Of a stretch of DNA of 64,000 nt, positions 39,901 to 50,838 are shown piece by piece (the first letter of the stretch is position 1; the number at the start of each line of letters is the position of its first letter). This stretch comes from Leptogorgia sarmentosa (Eukaryota). The notes below the pieces were generated by a model. It was given only the letters and a program-made list of their open reading frames with translations, had not been told where the DNA came from and searched no databases. The translations under genes and the position numbers were made by a program. The DNA lies in assembly GCA_964658305.1 (NCBI GenBank), contig OZ210884.1, positions 4,712,001 to 4,776,000 on the forward strand, written 5' to 3'.

Positions 39901-42900
39901 GTAAGAAAGGATCTCATTACATTAGTAAGATTTGTATCATCCAATTGAACTCGAAAACAATGCTGCAAAATCAGCTATGAATATAGAAAAGCAGAAATTA
40001 ATGATTATATAACATACTGTACATGTTGTCAGTTATCGAATCCCCTACTATAATGAGGACACGATATGGGAAGACTTTCTGAAGTTCAAAGCAACAATAA
40101 GCTTCCTGTGACTATAATCCTACCACGTCCACCACCGCTCTCGGTAAACAGTGCACATGCATGATGATCATAATTATATATCGAAGTACATACATGCGAA
40201 ATAAGCAAGATAGTTATTCTACACATAAATCATTTTTTCTGTCGTGCAGATACCAACGAATGTGAAATAGAACAATGTCACGTGAATGCTACTTGTATCA
40301 ACACTCCTGGGTCTTTTACCTGTAAATGTAACCCTGGTTTCGTCAATGAAGGTGAAAATGGCTGTGCAGGTATACGGATGAACGTTTCGTTATTTAGCTA
40401 TTTAGACTGGATGTTTAGAACTGCCACTGTTTTAACCATTATCAGAATTTTCAGTAGCTAAATAAATTAAAACTTAGTATAATAGCTGTCATTGCCATCG
40501 AATTAATTTCATGCATCCTGGACTGCAGAGAATTCGAAATGTTAAAAAAATTTAGATGTCACGACACCGTGGGATTGCCATACAATAACAGGTAACTGTT
40601 GGCCAAACTTAATTGAATCGACCCCAGGATTTCTTCTGAAGGTTCAGGGCCACCATGAGGCGGGGTGAGGAAAAAAACAAACAATTTGAGATATGACATT
40701 AGGATGTGTTTTAAAATATGAATTCTTCTTTTCGCAAGAGGGGGTCAAAGTTATCTAAGCGAATCCTGAGCATGACGTTTCTGTGATAGCTCCTGGTAAA
40801 GATAGTACAGCTTGAGAATACAAGCACATGTATACATGCTAGGGTGAAAATTGAAATAGATTTGTTATCATTTCTATCAGTGAGGATGAATTTCTGTTTC
40901 TTTAGATAGCTGCCAAGTTCCATATTTGTTCTTCTCCACATCATCCGGGACATCAGCATACGACACAGAAGAAGCTTCAAGTGTCCGAACGATTGTCGAC
41001 AACCGCGCGAGTGCCTCATTGTCAGTTGATAATATAAACAAACGTCTTTATCTTTATACTGCCGCTGAAAAGATGACAAGTTATGATTTGGATGGCTCAA
41101 ATTCTACTGACTTTGACATCAACAATGTTGAAGTTTTCGCTGTGGATGGTCGCAACAACTTGATATATTATTATCACGAATTCTCAGAAAAGTTATTTTT
41201 TTACAATATCACTAGCGGTGAAGACAATGAAGTCGCTGGTGCCTCAGCTGTTGCTGGTGTAAGGGATTTAGAAATTGACACGAGAAATGGGTAAATCATT
41301 ATGCTGAAATTTGTAGCAGTAATTGTTTAGCTATCATTTAATCTTCCATTCAGTCAACTTGTGAGTGCATCAATTGTGTGGTACAGTAGCAATATTCCTG
41401 GTAACTTGTAAAGGAAACCAATTATTGCGCTGTTTCATCAATATTCCAAGACTATACATACACAAGCTTTGCTATGGTAGGGCATGCGCAATTAGAGCAA
41501 TTAATTAGAGTAATTGTGTGAGTTAATTACGTGCGACTATGCGACAAGCAAGTTTGATGACTGGAATGTTAATGAAAGTTGATCGAACGCTGAATGATGT
41601 CCACCTTCACCAACGTTTGAGTTTTGGAGGAAAATGTTAAAATAAAGTCAAACAAGTTCTTCAAAATAGCAGATTTGCGTCAGGTAACTAGGGCGTGGTA
41701 TACGCTAGCTAGAAATAAGCTAAATATTTGGTGCTGCAGAATGGTAGCCTTTGCGGCAGCCGGCATTGGCAGAATTGAAACTTTTTCGATTGTTTAAAAC
41801 GCGATAAGCACTTTTTTTGGCATCTTTTCTCATTATATATGTATATATGGCCACAAGGCATCCGGTAAAATACACATGCCATCATGAAATGTGCGTGGAA
41901 GGAAAATTGCGATGAAAATGTTCTCACTTAAAATGTTTTTTTCACAGCTACCTCTATATCGCAAAGACAAGTGATCCAACCATCGTGCGCTACAATCCAT
42001 CAACTGAATCCATAACGAACTTCATGTCTGATGGTGCTGCACAATCAATTTCAATCGATCAATTCTATAACGTTATCTACTGGGCTAATTACGATGGAAG
42101 CAGTCACAGGGTCATGAGAACATCATTCGAAGGACCAACAACAGACCTGAACATAATATATTCTGCACCAATCAAATTGACTTCAGATGTTTTTAATTTC
42201 TACGTCTTGGATACAATGAATAACCGCATTGAAAAATTCTCAAAGGAATCGCTTGGAAAGAAAGGAAGTTTTACACACAGTGGTTCAATTCAAGATATGA
42301 TTATTGCATTTGGTAAGTCTCTTCAGTTTAAAAAATTATATTAAAAAAAATGTGTTAAATTTTCTAGAAAAATCTCCGTGATTATCCCCGTAATAACATT
42401 AAGCTTCAGTTCAATCATAGGCAGCCCAGGGATTTGGGGTTTTATTTATGTTAACTAAGGTTGAATAGGGCTATTTCATCATCCTTAGTTGTTTATATGC
42501 GTGCGCCGACAATACGGTCACTCACGAGTGACCGTATTGTCGGCGCACGCATATAAACAACTAAGGATGATGAAATAGCCCTATTCAACCTTAGTTAACA
42601 TAAATAAAACCCCAAATCCCTGGGCTGCTTATGGTTCAATAACTAGGTATATAGCTTAAGCCTTGTAATCACCGCACTTTCGACAATTACAAATCCTAGA
42701 AATTTTTCATGCAGCGGGAATTTTTTTTATGTATGGTTGCCACAGGAATAACTTTTGAAATGATATTGCATTAAATGTACAAGAACTTAGAACTGCAAGA
42801 TTAAATTTGTTTCATATGTATAAAATGCAGCACGAGCTCGACAGTCCACGCTTGTGCTAAATTAAATTGTCAAATTTTACAAGATCGCATTCGATATCGA

Positions 42901-45900
42901 AAGTGAAATATTTGCTTTTCTTCCAATATAAATATACCGTTTCTGTCTTAGACAACGACCAATGTTGTGCGGGAACTCGTTGTCATGACAACCTTGTCTG
43001 CACCGATTATTTGGGAGGTTTCAGCTGCAATTGTAAGAACGGCTTTAGGTACAATGATGGAAATTGTACAGGTGCGTTCACATTGTATCAGTATTTTTTA
43101 TTACCAAGAAGAAATTAGAGGCGGACTTCATGGTCCACAGGGATACCGGGAATTTTTGCGGTGTACCCCCCTCTCCCTATATTTACTGTTTCTTTAGCCA
43201 TTCATATTGATAAATATTAATTTCACTGCATTTTATTTAAGAGATGCTTGCTTGAGGTCATGAAAGTATCCCGAGGGCTTATTCGGTGGTATCATCCACT
43301 CACAATTCTTAGTTTGTCTACAGATATTGATGAATGTGAATTAAATCTTGACAACTGTAATCACCAATTGGGAACGTGTGTAAACACGTATGGCTCGTTT
43401 ATTTGTGGGTGTCAGGAGGGATATGCTGGAGATGGTATTGCAAACTGCATGAGTAAGTGGGCGGAATTTTTAACCAATCACTACAGGAATATTTATAGAA
43501 TTTTAAAGAGATGAAAACGATTTTAGGGAAGGGGATATTAAACTCATGGCTATTTAAACAGAACAAATATGGGCTTGAGTATTAACCATTGAACTAAAAA
43601 GAACTGGAACGCTACCTCGGCAGGAAATGCCTATGATCGGATGAAGCCGCGTGTCTGGGGGAATTTCTCGCGTGACGCGTGTTTTTCTCGGGAAACTTGC
43701 GAAAATAATATAAAATTGCGAAAATACTCTTAGAAAATAACTATTTTATCCCTAAAGCAAAATGCTTTTGTGTTGGTTTTTTGCTCATCTCATATTTGGA
43801 GTGGGTATAAGCTCTGCTGAGTTGAAAATACTATTTTAAAAACGGAAAAACAGTCCAAAAGTTAGTCTGACTGCCGTGGCACTCCACTCTAGACTGCACG
43901 TTTTCATGCAAAACTTGGCATTTTATCCACATAGATTATGCAAAAAGGCCAAATTTGAATCATTGTGACTTGATCTTTGTTTTAGTTTTATTAAATTAAA
44001 ATTTAGACGTGTTAACGCCCGTTTTAAAGCCGTTTTCAGCAGTTTTCGACCGGCTTTTTTGTTTATTTTTTCATATGACCGCGCGTGTTCATCGCACAGG
44101 GGACTGGACCCTGGTGATTCCCCCAGAAATTTGGCTTCAAATTTCCCGCCTCAGGTAGCGTTCCAGTTATTTTTAGTTTAATGGTATTAACAGTTTTTGG
44201 GGATCAATTTTTTTATCATTTCGACGCTTTTTTATATTATAGTCGTCTCATATTGTCTAATTTCTACACAAGAGTAATTACGGCACATCAACCCCCACAT
44301 TTTTTTTAACGTCGAGTAAAGTGTTCAAAAAAAGTATATTACTATTTTGTAAGGCTTTTTTCAGTCCACTAGCGATTGTTCTCGCAACAATTCATAGATT
44401 TGTGGATGGTTGTTTTGAAAGAGTCCGTCTCGTCTTCATTTATCTAGCTATAACAATAGTGGCCTATCAGGAAAGTTATACAGAGATTATAGAGTCGGGG
44501 TTCGCATAGGAGGAAAGACATATAAGTATAATTTACTCACGCGTGGTCGAGCCATAATGTAGCTATAAGGGTAGCGGGCCCGTGCACGTGTATCAAAAGA
44601 CGTACTAATAGTAATGACTAAGTCTAATGCTAAACTGATTCCTTTCATAAGATATCAATGAATGTGCAGATGGATTGGACACTTGCGACAGTCGCTTATC
44701 AACATGTTCTGATAATCCCGGTTCCTTCAATTGCATATGTTTTTCTGGCTACCGAGAAAACGGAACATCGCATGTTTGTGAAGGTAAGAGACTCTCACCA
44801 CATCACTTTGATTACCACTTGCTAATCACCTCTTCTCATTCGTGCTATTACATTCAGTGTTCCGTGTTCCGTGATCCCCCCAAAAATGAAGTTCAGAAGT
44901 TATTTTCAATAGATTATTTGCGCTACATTTTTATGTTTATATTTTTACTTCTCGTTTCATTTAACTGCTATAAGCATCAACTCGAATAATTATATACCTA
45001 TAATCACATAGGTAGACCAAATATAGACTTTGTGCCCAAAGTGCACTCACTGACTCTCACGCGCACAGTCATTGTATTTTCATTATTTTTAATGATTTTG
45101 AAGCTAAATACCATAAAAATAAGGGTATATTTTGGCTACTATGCTGTAATGATGAGACTGACGCACAATCTTGCCGCACAATTTTACTTCCCACCTGCAT
45201 GAAAAGGGAATGATCGTAGCGTTGTTTCCCGCGTGGTTTTCTAGTCAAACGTTTGTGGAAAGAAAATTCTGATTCAAGATAAGTGCTAAGAAATGTTTTG
45301 TGCGTATCGTTTCAGATATTGACGAGTGTGCAGAGGGAGTGCACAAATGTCATGACAAAGCTGAATGCATCAACAATGACGGTTCGTTTTTGTGTTCTTG
45401 TAAGTCTGGCTACATTAGGAATGGCATGCATTGTGAAGGTATGTTTTATAAGCGTTATTCCTCGTTACTTCAAGCATTAATTCCTATTCAGTGCTTACAA
45501 ATTATATTCTAATTTTTTAATATCTGAAAATACATTCCAATTCACTATAAAAGTATGTTCCGTAGCAATTTGAAAAAAGATTACATGCACCTTAATCTCC
45601 AATAAGGGCACCTAACCTGAAATCCTTACAATTGCATTCCACAATGGTAGCTGAAAATTATAAGTGCTAAGTCCAAGGAATAACGTAATATTTTTCATAT
45701 CCACTTGCACCAGATTCACCTACTCAATCGTTATCAGTCGGCGTTGGCGTCATTATCGGAATCGTTGTCGCTTTTGTCGTTCTTCTTGCAGTAACAATTT
45801 TTATGGCTTATCTCCTTTGGAAACGAAAACCGGTGGCAACCAACACAGATAACATTGAGCATAATGAAAATACTGGTTATGATGATGTTTTATCACAACA

Positions 45901-46135
45901 CATTGAATTACCGCAAATACCAAATTCCGAAAGTGGATACGTTATACCAAATGAATCGCCGTATGCAGAACTTGACAATTCCACGAGAGTTTCGACTGAT
46001 GAAAACTACCAAAGTTTAACTGTTGAGAATCAAGCCCAATTGGACAGAAATTTTCAGCAGTACCCCACATTGAATATACATAACGATGGAGTAAGTGATG
46101 TTCCCAACGAAACTGAGCACGCAATAGTTCCTTAG
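27966..46135 (+). CDS. Gene C: large type I membrane receptor, SP - P1 - EGFx3 - VWD - C8 - EGF - P1 - EGFx6 - P2 - EGFx2 - P3 - EGFx4 - TM - Tyr-motif tail (about 2,077 aa; exon 15 carries a 4-nt insertion)
   Basis: 28 exons: 27966-28026, 28643-29030, 29211-29575, 29986-30105, 31056-31172, 31552-31662, 32143-32418, 32492-33013, 33153-33266, 33633-34017, 34206-34570, 35001-35120 (GC donor), 35830-35961, 36387-36512, 36702-36828 (127 nt, anomalous), 37120-37236, 37422-37544, 38314-38689, 39112-39488, 39742-39861, 40250-40369, 40906-41290, 41948-42312, 42952-43071, 43324-43452, 44652-44783, 45316-45438, 45714-46135. Phases are compatible, and I found only one signal exon and one TM exon in the span. 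Confidence 0.82.
32143..33013 (+). CDS. von Willebrand factor type D plus C8 module (two exons of gene C)
   Basis: [44 protein letters not shown] and [12 protein letters not shown]...[12 protein letters not shown] are hallmark VWD/C8 motifs. Confidence 0.92.
33631..35226 (+). repeat. Intragenic duplication of the P1-propeller/EGF cassette (copy of 28641-30225, introns included)
   Basis: Introns 29576-29985 and 34571-35000 are nearly identical, as are the flanking exons. Confidence 0.92.
35654..35791. repeat. Long hairpin at the end of an intronic repeat element
   Basis: GAAGTATTAATGAAAAATTGCAC..GTGTTTGGCGAAATACCGC / GCGGTATTTCGCCAAACAC..GTGCAATTTTTCATTAATACTTC around the loop TCGTGCTTCGCACTC. 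Confidence 0.75.
42416..42633. mobile_element. Foldback palindromic MITE, P-element-like termini (CAT...ATG), 7-bp TSD GTTCAAT
   Basis: 42421-42523 is the exact reverse complement of 42526-42628 (2-nt loop). GTTCAAT occurs at 42409-42415 and 42634-42640. Confidence 0.85.
43586..44184. mobile_element. Non-autonomous DNA transposon (about 600 bp) with about 35-bp TIRs and 6-bp TSD TATTAA
   Basis: CCATTGAACTAAAAAGAACTGGAACGCTACCT ... AGGTAGCGTTCCAGTTATTTTTAGTTTAATGG. TATTAA at 43580-43585 and 44185-44190. Confidence 0.8.
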
Positions 46136-46861
46136 TTACTGTTACTTTCATGAAGTTCATAAATTGTATTATAGTTGATTTGCTTAACTGCTGATGTCTC
46201 GATTGCCATTTTTCTGTTTTCATTTATTCTTAGTTTCATGAAATGTTGCGGATGTCTTTAATAACTATACATATATGTAGGGCAAGAATGTATCCAATGT
46301 GTTATCAAACTGTCAAAGGTATAACTGTGAATAATAATTGTTCATGATTTACTCGAATTACTTTAGTCATGGTGTCACAAAAATTGTTTACTAATTTGAT
46401 TTCTCGTTTCTCCCAAACTTCCACGCGTGTTTCTATAACTCTATAGAAACACGGAAAATGTTTTCTATTTCTTAAATAATATATCCTCTGTGATTTCTCT
46501 AAGGCGGACGTCTGCGAAAGCACTACTCTCTGTAATGGCACATCCTTATTGGCTTAAAGCAGGGCGCAATAAAACACGGGCGAGGAAACGCGCATATAAA
46601 CCCCTGATCTATGTGTGATGCGCGTACCCCCGCATATGTTTTTATTTAAAATAAATATGGCGCCGGAACTTGAGAGTGACAGTGAACTGTTCCAAGACGA
46701 AGAAATGCCAACTGTAGAAATTCCACATAACTGTAGAAATTCCACAAAATCTAAACTGGATTTGTTCACAAAAAGGACCATTTTTCTTCCGCAAAGTTCT
46801 TAAGAACATCAACAATCCAGGAAACGAAGCCATCGAATCCATTGCGGCCCAAACATTGTGC

Positions 46862-47320
46862 TGTTGTTCGTCAAGCTGACACGTCAAAATACAGGGCAAA
46901 AAACATCGCTTGAACAAAAAAGTCCATCTTCAAATGACAAATTTCTGACATCTTGTAACTTGATTTCAGTTTGTACAAATTTTCAGGGGATGTTTCACAC
47001 CTAGGGAATAAACTACATGCAAAAATACAATTTTCCGCGGTTCGTTTTCGAAACATAAAATGACCGTACGTTGTTGTTTGTCGAGCTGTCACGTCAAAAT
47101 TCAGGGCCAAAAAACATCGCTTAAACAAAAAAGTGCATTTCCAAATGACAAATTTCTGACATCTTGTAACTTGATTTCAGTTTGTACAAATTTTCAGGGG
47201 ATGTTTCACACCTAGGGAATAAACTACATGCAAAAATACAAGATCATGTCAGCTCGGCGATAATTCTCAGCGTACACGGCTATTTTATGTTTCGAAAACG
47301 AACCGCGAAAAATTGTATTG
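46862..47320. repeat. Tandem duplication (about 210-bp period) with an inverted segment, probably inside a repeat element
   Basis: 46862-47030 is repeated at about 47072-47240. CGCGGTTCGTTTTCGAAACATAAAAT (about 47036) is inverted at about 47282-47307. Confidence 0.75.
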
Positions 47321-48306
47321 CAAGTGCAAAGGAATTAATTCTTTGAAATTTTGCATGGTGAAGATAATATTTTTTAAAGTTTGCTTTTTACATCACGTAA
47401 TTTTATTATCGCAAAGCTTTCGATCCGTAAGCTGGTATCTTCAGCAGTGCCAATAATATCTGACCTGTCCTAATACACACAGTAACTTTTATATACCACA
47501 AACTTATGTGGTATAAACTACAAACTTCAAATAATAAGTGCAAAGGAGCTATTTGTTATTCATGACTTTAGCAAATGGCCAATGCACCATTTTCATCATG
47601 CATGCACCAATATTATAAATAGTCTTAGACAATAACCTAAATCACTGTTATTTTAGGGGAGTTATTTTAACACCCCTTTAGTGGAGTTAAATTCCGTAAC
47701 CCCAAATGTGGAGTTAAAATAACTCTCTTTTTGGTGTTACAATATTTTGGCATTAAAATTTCAAACATCGCCCGATCTTCTATTTTTTGGAATATTTTTT
47801 AGTTCCTTGGATGGCTACTTTCGAAAATTTGCAAACACAAATTACCTATACTGGCGTAAAAAATTGCTGAGAACTCTTTGCATTTCACTTTCTGGCGACG
47901 ATATAACGTTATTCTGGCTATAGCTCGATCACTTACAATGACAGGTAGGAGAAAGGAATGGATTGCACTTCATTCTGATTGGATAATTCGGTGACGAGAA
48001 ATGCACTCTTCAGAATGACGGCCTGTCGATCAATTTCAAGTACATAATAAATTGACAGACAAAGGACTTATGTTCCTGATTTGCCCTCTGTAAATACATG
48101 CAGTTACTCACGTTAATACCGTCGCAACAAAGATAATATGTCTTTATACGTCTTTGGATACTTCGATTGGGAGTCATTAGTGTCAAAGCAATGCAAAAAT
48201 TTTTAATAGTTCCTATTGCATGGAAAAAGTTCGCTGTACAATCGGTGCTACCACGAAAATTTAATATATCGACATATATTATATAGTCATAATATAGATA
48301 CATCTA

Positions 48307-48539
48307 CAGGGTGTCCCCTCAAAAAGTGACCTCTATAGAAATCACTCTTTCGTTGTTAATCTCGGTTTATTGCACCTCTGGAAATTTAAACTAGCTTCAG
48401 ATGAACAGCAACAAAAGCGCGTGCTGTTGTAAATACCTCTGTCGTTCAGCCATTCACTTATATTTTCAAATGCATAACAACGCACGTTTGACAACAAAAG
48501 AGCTGGTTTCTATAGAGGTCACTTTTTTGGGACACCCTG
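48307..48539. mobile_element. Tc1/mariner-type MITE
   Basis: TIRs CAGGGTGTCCC..AAAAAGTGACCTCTATAGAAA / TTTCTATAGAGGTCACTTTTTTGGGACACCCTG with TA on both flanks. Confidence 0.85.
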
Positions 48540-48634
48540 TACATGACTATAATATATACGTTAACTTTCCATTACATGCTCATCATCTCATGCAACACTT
48601 TTCCAGCTTTGGGTCTTTGTTGACAAAAGCCACT

Positions 48635-48995
48635 GCGACCATCTCCCCAATTCGGCATGTCCAATATAAGCGGTAAGATAATCCTGTTTGCTATTACAAT
48701 CACAGTATTCAATGTTAAAGACATATTATCTCCATTCCCAACGGTATTAACGTGAGTAACAGCATGCAATTACAGAGGGGAAATCAGAGCGACCACGGAC
48801 CATCTCCCTAATTGTGCATGTCTAATTTAACAGATAGCTAAGATAAACCTGTTTGCTATCACATGCAATCAAAGTATTCAATGTTAAAGACATATTATCT
48901 CCATTGCCAACGGTATTAACGTGAGTAACAGCATGTAATTACAGAGGGGAAATCAGCAGCGACCCTCTCTCTAATTCTGCATGTCTAATTTAACA
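48635..48995. repeat. About 170-bp tandem duplication
   Basis: AGTATTCAATGTTAAAGACATATTATCTCCATT..CAACGGTATTAACGTGAGTAACAGCATG at about 48704 and 48873. Confidence 0.8.
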
Positions 48996-50076
48996 GGTAT
49001 CACAATACATATCATGATGCATCATTTTAATGTTTAATGTCCACATGCACTTAGCTTGTTCATTTCTTCATTCAAAAAGGCTTATTTCCCGTTACCTGTT
49101 ACTTTGCGCGGTACAAATTATTTAATCATTTGTCCCAGGTAACTAGCTATGCCACGGAGCATTTGAAACACTGTATATAATAACAATAAGGAACGGGAAC
49201 TTTTGTATTGAAATTCCTTCGGTGGAAATGAGATGCATTGATTTATTGACATTGCAGGAGTAAAGGACTTTCGACGATAAAATGTCTTTGTACACATAGA
49301 TAATCCATGCATGCATGCATGCTATCATACAGTCCTTATATTCAATTGCCCTTTGAATTTAAAGACATACTGTCTTGATGTGAGTAACAGCACATTGACG
49401 TGAGTAAAAAAAAACTTGGCAGAGAGGAAACCAGGAGTTTGTCATGTACTTGAAATTAATTAACCATTCTAAGTACATGCGCACTTATGGTGACCGCATT
49501 CTCCAATAAGTTAATAGTTCAACTCATTCGTTTCTTTCGCCTGCAATTATAAAAGATCGAGAAATTGCCTGAATAACATATATATCGTCGCTTGCATTAA
49601 AGGGTGGAGCAAGTAGATGAAAATTGAATAGTCGCTTTATTCTAGCAATAGAAAGTGGTTTTGTATGTAAATGGCAACGCATGTGCATATATATTGCGCG
49701 CTTCTTGTATACTTCTAAATTGTAAGTTGAACCAGATATTAGCTTTTCGAATGTTGCAAAGATTTGCTTGGTTTATGGCCTGGGTAAGGAACAAATCATT
49801 CATAGGTTTCTGTTATAATTATTGCAAATTAGTTTTCGGGCAAGTGCTTGTGAAGTTTCGATTGTGATGCATGAAGGCACAAATGTGCGGCTAGAGCGCG
49901 ATAGCAAAGCGACTTATAAATTGCCTTCTTGCCGATTTCTGTAAACGAGCACCTGGTAATGAAACAACTAGCTACAGTGTATAGCTAGAAATAGAAATTC
50001 ATTTTCTCAGTAAACTAACTAGTTAAATATTCGAATGTTTCCGATGTTATGATGTACTCAGGTACAGAATGTTATT

Positions 50077-50170
50077 GTGACGTTACTCTGAGTATATATC
50101 CACACCGGGCAGGCTGAAAAATTAGCATGGCCTCGGTGGGGATCGAAATCCGCGACCTTTGTTTGCCAGC
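50077..50170 (-). mobile_element. 5'-truncated tRNA-derived SINE
   Basis: The minus strand reads ...AAGGTCGCGGATTTCGATCCCCACCGAGGCC...TTTTTCAGCCTGCCCGGTGTGGATATATACTCAGAGTAAC. This is a B-box/T-arm-like motif followed by a non-tRNA body. No complete cloverleaf. Confidence 0.55.
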
Positions 50171-50838
50171 TATTCGCGTTTTAGGAGAAGAGAGCTAAGT
50201 GAATAATAAATATTCATTATATGATTCGGCAATATTTTACCATCCTTTAGAAAGAAAAAGCTGCACCGCAGAGAAAGGGTGGGGGAATGGAGAGGTTTGG
50301 TTTGAAAGTATGCCATCGCATGGAGATTCCGTTAATTTAAGAAACCATTACGAAATGTTTTGCGGCTTGAATATAGCAACAGCAGGAACACACGGCAGAA
50401 CATAATTTCATTCTTCCAACTTAACTTGTAAAGCACATTTTTAAAAACACAGAAAAAGCACTAACAAATTGACAAAAATAAGCATGGCAATACTGAGATA
50501 TGTATTAGCTAGTAAAAAATTCATGCAAAAAAATCACAAGTACAAAAATACACAAACGTACAAAAGTTACCAAGCGTTTCCTGTCGCATGGTGTTCTACG
50601 ATGCCACGCACGGTGTGAAACATGTTAAACTACCAAAGGACAAATGACAATTACCAGAAATACGTGTGGACTTCCTTACCTAACCCTACCTCATATCACT
50701 TGCATGCAACTCACAAAAATTTATATGAAAAAGTATATTGTCCTATAATCATGCGAAAAACATCCGTTAACAATATAGCTAACAAAAAGAAATACGTAAA
50801 CAGTTTGCAATTGTTCTCTTGGGAACCACGCGGAGCCG

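Noticed and set aside
15..46135. Assigning LRP/LDLR, nidogen, fibrillin, pro-EGF or zonadhesin gene symbols to genes A-C
   Set aside because: Only domains are shared. No LDL-A repeats, NPxY, NIDO/G2, TB or MAM domains were seen, so orthology cannot be supported.
50077..50170. Functional tRNA gene
   Set aside because: Only a T-arm/B-box-like part is present, followed by a non-tRNA body; better explained as a SINE.
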